This document shows, in pieces, positions 38,040 through 45,277 of a stretch of DNA of 64,000 nucleotides. Location of the stretch: positions 1 through 64,000 of the IMG/VR virus record IMGVR_UViG_3300037067_009230; one strand, 5' to 3'. The notes under the pieces are model-generated. The model saw only the letters and a list, made by a program, of their open reading frames with translations. It was not told the origin of the DNA and did no database searches. The position numbers and the translations under genes were made by a program. The DNA is from a virus (lineage: Duplodnaviria > Caudoviricetes). Numbering within the stretch: position 1 is the stretch's first letter; the number at the start of each line of letters is the position of its first letter.

Positions 38040-39985
38040 TAGTTTAAAATTAAATTGTTATTTTCTTTAGTAAAATTTATTGTATTAGCATATAAGTTAT
38101 CCAGAGTACTGGAATGAGATATTACATAAACACTCTTTCCTTCATCGGCTTTCATCCTAATTAAATCAAATACAGCATTTTCACCATCCTCATCCAAACC
38201 ATCAAAAACTTCATCCATAATTAATAGGTTGATATCTGTATTAATTGAAATGAGATCGTACATCGCAAAAATTAAAACGATATCTAATCTTTGCTTCTCA
38301 CCCCCTGAAAATTCTTTATAGTCTTTATTTAATTTATCCCCTAAAGAGCATATTGTCGTAAAAGGCTTGCTAGATTTCGTTAAATCAATTGCAAATTCAA
38401 TTGATATTCCAAGCCGTTCTCCATATTTGCGTGTATTCTCGTTAAGCTGGGCCAGCATAGCGTTAAAAATAAATGCTTTTATTCCACTGGCACCAAATCC
38501 CTTCTCAGACCACCATTTTATTATTTTAATCTCTTCTTGTAAATCCGTGATATTACTATTAAGTGATTCAGATTTAATCTTCATTAAAGTAATTGCTTTC
38601 CCCTGTGATGCTATATTAAAATCTGGAGCCTTTTCATTCTGTAAAGATTTTAACCTAATCTTTTCATTTTCTAATAGGACTATCTCAAATAGGGTATTTT
38701 CAATGTTATTAAGTTCTTGATATCTGGCAGCAACTACATTGTATCTATCATTTGTGGTAGTAATATCGTTTTTAACTCTTTTAATCCCTTCTGTGACATC
38801 ATCTAAAGCCTGTGTTAATTGAAGTAATTTATTATTTAACTCAAGTATCTGAGTATTTAAATCTTCAATCTCAGCCTCAGCCTCTTTGTTAGCAGTCGAA
38901 TAAATCTTTTCAATATTTGCATGATTAGTTTGATTAATAGCCTGATGACATACAGGGCATAATCCTTTTACAATAGATTCTTTAACAATACCTTTATTTT
39001 CCTCAATCTCTTTCTTAATTTGATTTATTCTAGCAGTAAACTGGTTAATTCTATAATTATTATTATCAATCTCAGACTGAATACGTTTCTGGTCATTATC
39101 AATCTCTACCAAATCCAATCGATACTTATTCTTGGTACTAGTGAGTTCATTATATTCCTGTTCAATCTTATCATGTTCTTCTTTGTCATAATCAAGAGGA
39201 GGAACAACTACTTTTAACTCATTATTATAATTAGTAATAAGAGTTTCAAAACCCTTAATATTTGATTCACAGTCTGAAATCTTATTAGCCTGATTCTGAC
39301 CCCACTCCTCACAAAGACGTTTATCCCGAACAAGGGTAGCCTCTGCCATAGTAATCTGAGAATTAAGGGTATCAGCCTCAGATATGATCTTACTAAGATT
39401 TTGATTCTTCTCAGTAAGATCCAGTTCGGCTTTATGCTTACAGATATTAACCCACTCTACATCAAATAATTGCTCAAACAAGGCTCTCTTATCTTTATTA
39501 TCCTGAGTGATTAATCGGGCCATCCTTTGACCAAACATTACAGAGTTCATAAATGTCTTAGGATCAGTGCCAAGGAGTTTATTAATTCTTTCCTGAGTTT
39601 CATCTTTATTAATTCCTGGGAAAAGTTGTTCATTATTTTTCCAGAGCATGAGTGAATCATTACCCTTTAAACCGTTAGTATCTCCCTTATAATCCAAATG
39701 ACGAGCAATGGAGTAATCTTCTCCATCTACTTCAAAATACGTTATTACTCTGGTTCCTTTCCAATTTGAGGGTCTTATCTCTTCCCATGAAGCGACTTTA
39801 TCCTGATTAGTTTCTTTTAAGTTTGTACCAAATAAACACCATACCACAGATTCAAATAATGTTGTTTTTTTAGTACCATTAACACCTTTAATAAGATTTA
39901 ATCCGGGACGGTCAAGATCAAATATTAATTGATTGACGATACCACGGAAACCATCTATTATTGCTTGTTGAAATTTAATTTTCAT
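38039..39985 (-). CDS. sbcC: SbcC/Rad50-like ATPase
   Basis: GVNGTKKTT Walker A variant, CPVC zinc hook, FSGGE signature, MDEVFDGLD, SH. Confidence 0.9.
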   Translation of the reverse strand: MKIKFQQAIIDGFRGIVNQLIFDLDRPGLNLIKGVNGTKKTTLFESVVWCLFGTNLKETNQDKVASWEEIRPSNWKGTRVITYFEVDGEDYSIARHLDYKGDTNGLKGNDSLMLWKNNEQLFPGINKDETQERINKLLGTDPKTFMNSVMFGQRMARLITQDNKDKRALFEQLFDVEWVNICKHKAELDLTEKNQNLSKIISEADTLNSQITMAEATLVRDKRLCEEWGQNQANKISDCESNIKGFETLITNYNNELKVVVPPLDYDKEEHDKIEQEYNELTSTKNKYRLDLVEIDNDQKRIQSEIDNNNYRINQFTARINQIKKEIEENKGIVKESIVKGLCPVCHQAINQTNHANIEKIYSTANKEAEAEIEDLNTQILELNNKLLQLTQALDDVTEGIKRVKNDITTTNDRYNVVAARYQELNNIENTLFEIVLLENEKIRLKSLQNEKAPDFNIASQGKAITLMKIKSESLNSNITDLQEEIKIIKWWSEKGFGASGIKAFIFNAMLAQLNENTRKYGERLGISIEFAIDLTKSSKPFTTICSLGDKLNKDYKEFSGGEKQRLDIVLIFAMYDLISINTDINLLIMDEVFDGLDEDGENAVFDLIRMKADEGKSVYVISHSSTLDNLYANTINFTKENNNLILN

Positions 39986-40011
39986 TTTATTAATAATTAA
40001 TAAAAAGTGTG

Positions 40012-40071
40012 TTTATTTACTGATTTTTGTATAGTAAACATACTAAAGGTGTGTTTACTAGCTAGTTAGCA
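40012..40071. mobile_element. attI-like anchor site, copy 3
   Basis: Reverse complement of copy 1, with the 5-nt hairpin loop inverted; G|TT core at 40065-40067. Confidence 0.7.
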
Positions 40072-40374
40072 GCCATTTTTAAGGAAGTCTGGTAGCTTCT
40101 CATAACATTCACTTAAAAATAATGGTCTGTCTTTGTAATGCTTTCGTAACTTCAAGAGCATATTTCTTTGATATTCCACCTGTTTAACAAAGTCATTGTA
40201 TTCGGTTTCTGTAAGTTCATTTTGTCCTTCTTTTCTAAAGAATTTATTGTAGAAATAAACAAGTGAATCTTTGCACTTTTGAAGTTCCTCTTGGTCAGCA
40301 GATAATAAACGGCTGCTAACCGCATCTATACCCAATTGGGTAGTTTCTGAGGTATTCAAATTTTTGTGTTCCAT
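40066..40374 (-). CDS. Cassette 1 hypothetical protein
   Basis: Probable start MEHKNL inside the attC loop; reads QLGIDAVSSR through the arm; stop in the CTAAC core. Confidence 0.7.
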   Translation of the reverse strand: MEHKNLNTSETTQLGIDAVSSRLLSADQEELQKCKDSLVYFYNKFFRKEGQNELTETEYNDFVKQVEYQRNMLLKLRKHYKDRPLFLSECYEKLPDFLKNGC

Positions 40375-40448
40375 TGTTACTTTATTTTTTAAGTTGATAA
40401 TTTTGTGTTTCAAATTGCCCAACTGGGCATAGCTGCAACACGTTAGGT
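40314..40448. mobile_element. attC-like site 3.1
   Basis: CTGCTAAC...CTATACCCAATTGGG / CCCAACTGGGCATAG...CGTTAGG. Confidence 0.8.
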
Positions 40449-40474
40449 TTAATAATTACCCCTACGCACCGGGA

Positions 40475-40645
40475 CTAATTACTATCAGGATCGTATGTTT
40501 TATATTTCCATCCTAACCATGCCATTCGTCCAAATTTCTTATCCAGTTCTAAATCAATGTGGGCCATTGACCAATTCTTACTGATTTCAAATTCCTCTGA
40601 TGACCCATTTTCTAATTCTACAATTATTGTTCTCATTTGTCGCAT
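40475..40645 (-). CDS. Cassette 2 protein (56 aa)
   Basis: Hand-translated MRQMRTIIVELENGSSEEFEISKNW...; below the ORF-track cutoff. Confidence 0.6.
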   Translation of the reverse strand: MRQMRTIIVELENGSSEEFEISKNWSMAHIDLELDKKFGRMAWLGWKYKTYDPDSN

Positions 40646-40684
40646 AATTAATTTCGTTATCTGATCTCTTCTGTAATTACTGAA

Positions 40685-40738
40685 ATCTAACTACGTGTAA
40701 AATTCATTGAAACGAAATTTTACACCTGTCCGTTAGCA
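40685..40738. mobile_element. attC-like site 3.2 (short, 54 bp)
   Basis: ATCTAAC-TAC-GTGTAAAATT / AATTTTACAC-CTGTCC-GTTAGCA. Confidence 0.75.
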
Positions 40739-40957
40739 AACATGCCGATAGAGGTACCCACTTTTATGAGCGCGTTCATCAACTTGTTGCATTAGTTCTT
40801 TTGCTGATTCACTTCCGTAAGGTCTGCGATATTTGACTTCTTCTGTGCCGTCTGGCCACTTTTGCACAATTTCAGTAGTTACAAAGGCACGATTTGCTAA
40901 CAATGTATTTACGCCATTGGCGGTTACATTCTCGCTGGATAAGTTATCGGTTTTCAT
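40733..40957 (-). CDS. Cassette 3 protein (74 aa)
   Basis: Start MKTDNL inside the attC loop; stop in the core. Confidence 0.7.
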   Translation of the reverse strand: MKTDNLSSENVTANGVNTLLANRAFVTTEIVQKWPDGTEEVKYRRPYGSESAKELMQQVDERAHKSGYLYRHVC

Positions 40958-41025
40958 ATATTCGTTTTTACGTTTAAAATTTGTACTAATTAATCGCCAA
41001 CAGGCGCAAATACTCACCGTTAGCG
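40895..41025. mobile_element. attC-like site 3.3
   Basis: TGCTAAC...GTATTTACGCCATTGGCG / CGCCAACAGGCGCAAATAC...CGTTAGCG. Confidence 0.8.
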
Positions 41026-41322
41026 GCAATTAAGCGATTTTATGTACTCATTAGCAACATAACTTGCTTTGCATTCATCAAACTCATTAAGTGTTGATTT
41101 GTACCATATCAAAAAATCGCTTAACAGTTCGCTTTGCCCGCTAACATCAGGTATAGTTAATTGCCTTTGCTCCGATTCATACCCGTTCGCTAAGTGCTCA
41201 GAATATTCGGTCATTAACCTAATAACAGTATCATAACTAAATGCTGTTCCTTCTTCTTGTCCGTCTGGGTAACGAACTTTCTGTGTGTACCCTTTTTCAA
41301 ATAAAAATTGATGTGCTTTCAT
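41020..41322 (-). CDS. Cassette 4 protein (100 aa), half encoded inside the attC loop
   Basis: Reads through the arm as QLTIPDVSGQ; stop in the core. Confidence 0.7.
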   Translation of the reverse strand: MKAHQFLFEKGYTQKVRYPDGQEEGTAFSYDTVIRLMTEYSEHLANGYESEQRQLTIPDVSGQSELLSDFLIWYKSTLNEFDECKASYVANEYIKSLNCR

Positions 41323-41418
41323 AATTCGCTCACTATTTAAGTTATTAAAGTTTATTACTCTTATTAAGGTTAGTAGTAATTTGACAGAGGCAACTAACCA
41401 TACCTGTGTTCGTTAGGC
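41139..41418. mobile_element. attC-like site 3.4 (giant, 280 bp)
   Basis: CGCTAAC-AT-CAGGTATAGTTAATTGCC / GGCAACTAACCATACCTG-TGTTC-GTTAGGC with a loop of over 200 nt. Confidence 0.75.
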
Positions 41419-41430
41419 ACAATAAAAAGA

Positions 41431-41640
41431 TTACGGTGTATCTCTGAAATAAGCAGTTGTGATATGATATTTTGCTTGTTCATCTTTTGGTAGTTTATGA
41501 ATTTCGTCCATAATCCTATTATACATCTCCACCTTTTTAATCTTATACTGTTTAAGTTCTTTATACCATTTTATGGCGAATGGTAGTTTAGTTATCCACC
41601 CAATTAAAATGCCTATTGCTAAAATAATACATGTACTCAT
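41431..41640 (-). CDS. Cassette 5 single-TM protein (69 aa)
   Basis: MSTCIILAIGILIGW; cores GTTAGGCACA / TGTGCCTAAC. Confidence 0.7.
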   Translation of the reverse strand: MSTCIILAIGILIGWITKLPFAIKWYKELKQYKIKKVEMYNRIMDEIHKLPKDEQAKYHITTAYFRDTP

Positions 41641-41658
41641 ATTATTAAGATTTACTGT

Positions 41659-41788
41659 GCCTAACACATGCTATAAAAAATAGCGGTTTTAGTAGTTTGC
41701 ACAAGGTTTATACTTCTATTTAATTTCACTGTATTTTGATAAATTTGTTCTTCTATTTCCGCTACTTTTCATAGCATCAACGTTAGGG
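41659..41788. mobile_element. attC-like site 3.5
   Basis: GCCTAAC...GCTATAAAAAATAGCGG / CCGCTACTTTTCATAGC...CGTTAGGG. Confidence 0.85.
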
Positions 41789-41793
41789 TGCAT

Positions 41794-42006
41794 TTAAAAA
41801 TCCTTACACCAACTATCCAACTGAAAGGATAGACTGTCATATACTATTGTTTTATTTGGTAACTTTCGCCAATTCCAATAACCTCGTGGATATTCTTCTG
41901 TTGCAATAAATTTAATTTGCTTTTTGATTAATCCAAACAAAATAGGTTGTTCGCAAGTCAAAATGATGTTACCCTTTTCGTTTGTTTCTTTTTTAATTGC
42001 TTTCAT
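41794..42006 (-). CDS. Cassette 6 protein (70 aa)
   Basis: Start MKAIKKE; cores GTTAGGGTGC / GCACCCTAAC. Confidence 0.7.
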   Translation of the reverse strand: MKAIKKETNEKGNIILTCEQPILFGLIKKQIKFIATEEYPRGYWNWRKLPNKTIVYDSLSFQLDSWCKDF

Positions 42007-42026
42007 AAAAATTGAATAAAAACGCA

Positions 42027-42156
42027 CCCTAACAATGTATATAGCAAATTGGGGGTGTCGTTCCAACTTGTATATTTGTGCTGTTAATTTACTTCTGTGT
42101 GGCTCGATAGGGTAGCACATTTTAATCCCCAACTTGCCATATACTTAACGTTAGTT
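42027..42156. mobile_element. attC-like site 3.6
   Basis: CCCTAAC...GTATATAGCAAATTGGGG / CCCCAACTTGCCATATAC...CGTTAGTT. Confidence 0.85.
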
Positions 42157-42176
42157 GCAAGGCTAAGTCCATGCAT

Positions 42177-43007
42177 TTAATCAACATTTGTGGGTAAATC
42201 CGTAAAAGAAAAAAGCCCACGCTCTTTTGCTTTTTCAAAGCAATTAGGGTTAATGTCACAACCAATAAAACTTCGGTTTAAGTCTTTACAAACTTCTGCT
42301 GTTGTAAAACTACCTGAATAAAAGTCCGCAACTAAATCACCTTCATTGCTACTTGCTTTAATAATTCGTTCAATTAATGATTTTGGTTTTTGGGTATCAT
42401 ACCCAAGTCTTTCAGAGTTAGTCGGCCCTAAATTATTCAATTCCCAAACATCATCAATAGGTGTTGAATCTTGTATTTTATAAACAACATCCCCATTTTC
42501 ATCCCTTTTCATTACCTTTTTGCCATCTTTCACATCTACCTTATTTTTCTTTCTTGGTGTTTCTAACGGTAATCTTAATTCATTAAATATTATTTTGTCG
42601 GTTTTACCATAAAATATAAGTATATCGTGGTTTTTAGCAAACGCCTTTTGTTTTATACTCCATTTATTGTAACTCCAAATAACCTCATTCACAAAATTAT
42701 CATACCCAAATATATCATCCATAATACACCGCATCCAATGGTTTATTTTTGTGTCCATTTGTAGGTAAATGCTTCCTGTTGGTTTTAATATCCTGTGCAT
42801 TTCTTTTATTCGTGGTATGTAGTGGCTTTCAATTTCGCTTCGTATTGGCTTTATATCTTGATAGTCTGCAAATCTTCTACCAGTACCATAGAGTATATCA
42901 CAATAAATTAAATCAATCGTGTTGTCTTTAATTTCTGCCATCAATTCTAAATTGTCGCAAATTCTAAGGTCTAAAAACCCCTCCCCATTTTTTTCTTTTA
43001 CTCTCAT
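42177..43007 (-). CDS. Cassette 7: beta-class N6-adenine/N4-cytosine DNA methyltransferase
   Basis: DNLELM, CDILYG (motif IV variant), TQKP..LIERII..SS.EGDLV.DFYSGS.TT (motif I), IGCD. Confidence 0.85.
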   Translation of the reverse strand: MRVKEKNGEGFLDLRICDNLELMAEIKDNTIDLIYCDILYGTGRRFADYQDIKPIRSEIESHYIPRIKEMHRILKPTGSIYLQMDTKINHWMRCIMDDIFGYDNFVNEVIWSYNKWSIKQKAFAKNHDILIFYGKTDKIIFNELRLPLETPRKKNKVDVKDGKKVMKRDENGDVVYKIQDSTPIDDVWELNNLGPTNSERLGYDTQKPKSLIERIIKASSNEGDLVADFYSGSFTTAEVCKDLNRSFIGCDINPNCFEKAKERGLFSFTDLPTNVD

Positions 43008-43048
43008 TCGTTCATTTAATTAAGTTTCTACTAATTTTACCGCCCAGC

Positions 43049-43176
43049 ATATAACAATGTATATAATTTATAGGCAGTTATGTTAATAATTCAATCTTTA
43101 TTTCTCGTTTAAAGTATGTAGGTAACTCAAAATTCGTAGCTCGAAATGCCTACAAATCATATACAAACCGTTAGCA
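43049..43176. mobile_element. attC-like site 3.7
   Basis: ATATAAC...GTATATAATTTATAGGCA / TGCCTACAAATCATATAC...CGTTAGCA. Confidence 0.85.
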
Positions 43177-43177
43177 C

Positions 43178-43378
43178 CTATTTTAAAATGAATGACTGAC
43201 AATCATCACATATAAAACTATGAGCATAAACAGATTTTAATTCGCACCATGAGCAATGACCATATGTGGCACCCGTATAGTATTTACAGTTCCCGTATTT
43301 ATAAAAAACAGGTGCTAACACAGGCTCAACTGCAATAGCTGGAGAAGTATGTTGCGTAGGTCTTACTCTTTTTGCCAT
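43178..43378 (-). CDS. Cassette 8 small Cys-rich protein
   Basis: Probable start MAKRVRP (or 43417) inside the attC loop; CKY..., CSWC, CDDC; cores GTTAGCACCT / AGGTGCTAAC. Confidence 0.65.
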   Translation of the reverse strand: MAKRVRPTQHTSPAIAVEPVLAPVFYKYGNCKYYTGATYGHCSWCELKSVYAHSFICDDCQSFILK

Positions 43379-43444
43379 GTTCGTTGTATTTTGATAATTA
43401 AGTATTTCAAATTCCACTACATGCGGTTAGCATCAACGTTAGAC
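43313..43444. mobile_element. attC-like site 3.8
   Basis: TGCTAAC...GCTCAACTGCAATAGCTGG / CCACTACATGCGGTTAGC...CGTTAGAC; more degenerate stem. Confidence 0.7.
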
Positions 43445-43831
43445 ACCTATTTCAAAAGAATAATCACTCCCATTGATAGTTTCTTTTTCATAATAATTAC
43501 ATAGTTCACCAAGGGAATAGAAAACAGGTATATTATGTTTCTTTGCAAGTGCTACCTCATCATCTGCGCCAACGCTCTCACCAGATAAACGCAGTACACA
43601 ATCACAAACTAGTAGCCATATATTATCTATAGTAATCCAATCATTGTCGGGTCTTGGCTGTACTACATTTTGAAAATGATTTAAAAGTGGTACAAAAGGC
43701 ACAAAATTTAAATTCATGAGAATATGTGCAGTATCTATCTGCCTATTTACATTTGAGATTTTATTACCCAGTGTATAAGGACTTGCGATATAAACCTTAA
43801 TTGAATCTTTAGTCATATTTGGGAAAGTCAT
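43439..43831 (-). CDS. Nucleoside 2-deoxyribosyltransferase-like (DUF4406-like) protein
   Basis: KVYIASPYT, CDCVLRL.GES.GAD.E. Confidence 0.75.
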   Translation of the reverse strand: MTFPNMTKDSIKVYIASPYTLGNKISNVNRQIDTAHILMNLNFVPFVPLLNHFQNVVQPRPDNDWITIDNIWLLVCDCVLRLSGESVGADDEVALAKKHNIPVFYSLGELCNYYEKETINGSDYSFEIGV

Positions 43832-44808
43832 TTTATTAAAATTAATCCATAGTTTAAAACCTTCTCATCTAATTTAGTGACTTCTGCATAGTTTTTTATA
43901 ATAGTCTCCGGTGCAAGGTCTGTTCTGAAATTATTTAACATTTCCTGCTGCTTAGTGGTTTTTGTATTAATGACAGGAGACCATACCACATATTGCTGTT
44001 GTTCCCACTCAGTTAACTCAGATCCCTCTTCTTTTCTAATGAACTGGGGAAATTTATCTGTGATGTCCTTAAATGATATAGTATTAGGATCATCTAAGTC
44101 TAATATCCAGAATCCCTTCCGTTTTCCAAGATCTCCGAGATCCCTATGCATAGGACTTCCGACATTAATAAACTTATCAGTTATCTCTCCACCATCATGG
44201 ACATGACCATTAAACACCATATCAAAATTATCAAATAATGAATCATCTGGTTGAATATGATCTTTCTCTGGAAAGCCAGAAGCTACCATCTGGTGCATGA
44301 GAAGATAACTTTTACCTGTAGTATATGTTTGTTTCACTTTATCCTGTAAACCACCAAGAACCTTTTTAAAATGCTCCGGATATTCAAAATATGAAATACC
44401 AAATATATGATTATTGTTATCGGTAGATAGCCGACTCATATCATTTAATAGAATGAAATTATCAAACAAAATAGCCAAATGTTGAAGGGCACTGGTAGCC
44501 GGTTGGTCTATGAGATTTTTACTTGCTTGATCATGATTACCAGAAATAGCTATAATCTTGATTAATGGATATTTCTTAAAGTTATTCTTGAAGCAGGCAA
44601 TAATAGCATCCTCAGCTTCAGTGGACATAATCTGCATCAAGTTATAAAGATCCCCCGGCAATAAGATATATTTTATTTCATTTACACTTGCAAAATTAAA
44701 CAGGTAATCAAGATATGCAATTCCATTATTTAACCTGCGGTTATCCTGATTGAATTTCTGATATTTATGCACGTGGATATCTGACGTAACAATAGCTAAT
44801 TCACTCAT
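43828..44808 (-). CDS. sbcD: SbcD/Mre11-like nuclease
   Basis: SDIHVH, PGDLY, GNHD, MHQ, NGHVH. Confidence 0.9.
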   Translation of the reverse strand: MSELAIVTSDIHVHKYQKFNQDNRRLNNGIAYLDYLFNFASVNEIKYILLPGDLYNLMQIMSTEAEDAIIACFKNNFKKYPLIKIIAISGNHDQASKNLIDQPATSALQHLAILFDNFILLNDMSRLSTDNNNHIFGISYFEYPEHFKKVLGGLQDKVKQTYTTGKSYLLMHQMVASGFPEKDHIQPDDSLFDNFDMVFNGHVHDGGEITDKFINVGSPMHRDLGDLGKRKGFWILDLDDPNTISFKDITDKFPQFIRKEEGSELTEWEQQQYVVWSPVINTKTTKQQEMLNNFRTDLAPETIIKNYAEVTKLDEKVLNYGLILIK

Positions 44809-45277
44809 CTTTTATAAAATCTGTTAATGTATTATTTCCTTTTGGTAAATGTATTATACATCCTAAGGGTTCAAAATATGCAACTATCTTATCCACAGCC
44901 TCACTAAATTCAACTGTTGACATTTGAGAGAAATGTTTACCTTTAATAACAATTACCTCTTCCCCTTGAATCGTTTCAAGTACTGGCTGCTGACCAAGAA
45001 CTTTTGTTCTGAGATAAGCATAAACAGCATCCTTAGTATGTATTTCCCCTGTAGTTTCTTTAAGAAATGCCATTACCTCTACGACAGCTACACCCCAAAT
45101 ATAACGGTTCTGGGCATCTGTACGCTTTTTATAGAAGGGTCTTAAAGTAATCTCCAAGGGAGTTTCTTTTATGATTTGAAATAATCTAACTAATAGGCCC
45201 CCAGAGTCTATTATGATACTCTGGAGGTCATCAGAAAATTTACCTGTTACGGTATAGTTAAAATCTTTTCCGGCCAC
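44801..45277 (-). CDS. NinB/Orf-like recombination mediator
   Basis: KRT.AQNRY.WG and S.MS..EFS...DKI motifs. Confidence 0.6.
   Translation of the reverse strand: MAGKDFNYTVTGKFSDDLQSIIIDSGGLLVRLFQIIKETPLEITLRPFYKKRTDAQNRYIWGVAVVEVMAFLKETTGEIHTKDAVYAYLRTKVLGQQPVLETIQGEEVIVIKGKHFSQMSTVEFSEAVDKIVAYFEPLGCIIHLPKGNNTLTDFIKDE

Larger units (their letters stand above)
40066..43444. mobile_element. Integron-like array of 8 gene cassettes (array 3)
   Basis: Eight AAC...GTT hairpin sites; cassette-start core complementary to cassette-end core over 8-10 bp in six units, with one mismatch in one and no match in one. Confidence 0.85.

Noticed and set aside
40012-43444. CRISPR array or REP/MITE family
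   Set aside because: The palindromes differ in sequence and length (54-280 bp), separate whole genes, and share only cores and wobble geometry. Core complementarity across each gene is not explained by CRISPR or MITEs.
40314-43444. Hairpins as intrinsic terminators
   Set aside because: No U tracts, very long loops, and ORFs are translated through the arms.
40066-43444. Canonical integron polarity (gene followed by its own attC)
   Set aside because: Stops inside CTAAC fit it, but start codons inside the upstream hairpin, the sense-strand wobble bias and the shared terminal anchor favour the reverse. Not formally excluded without crossover mapping.
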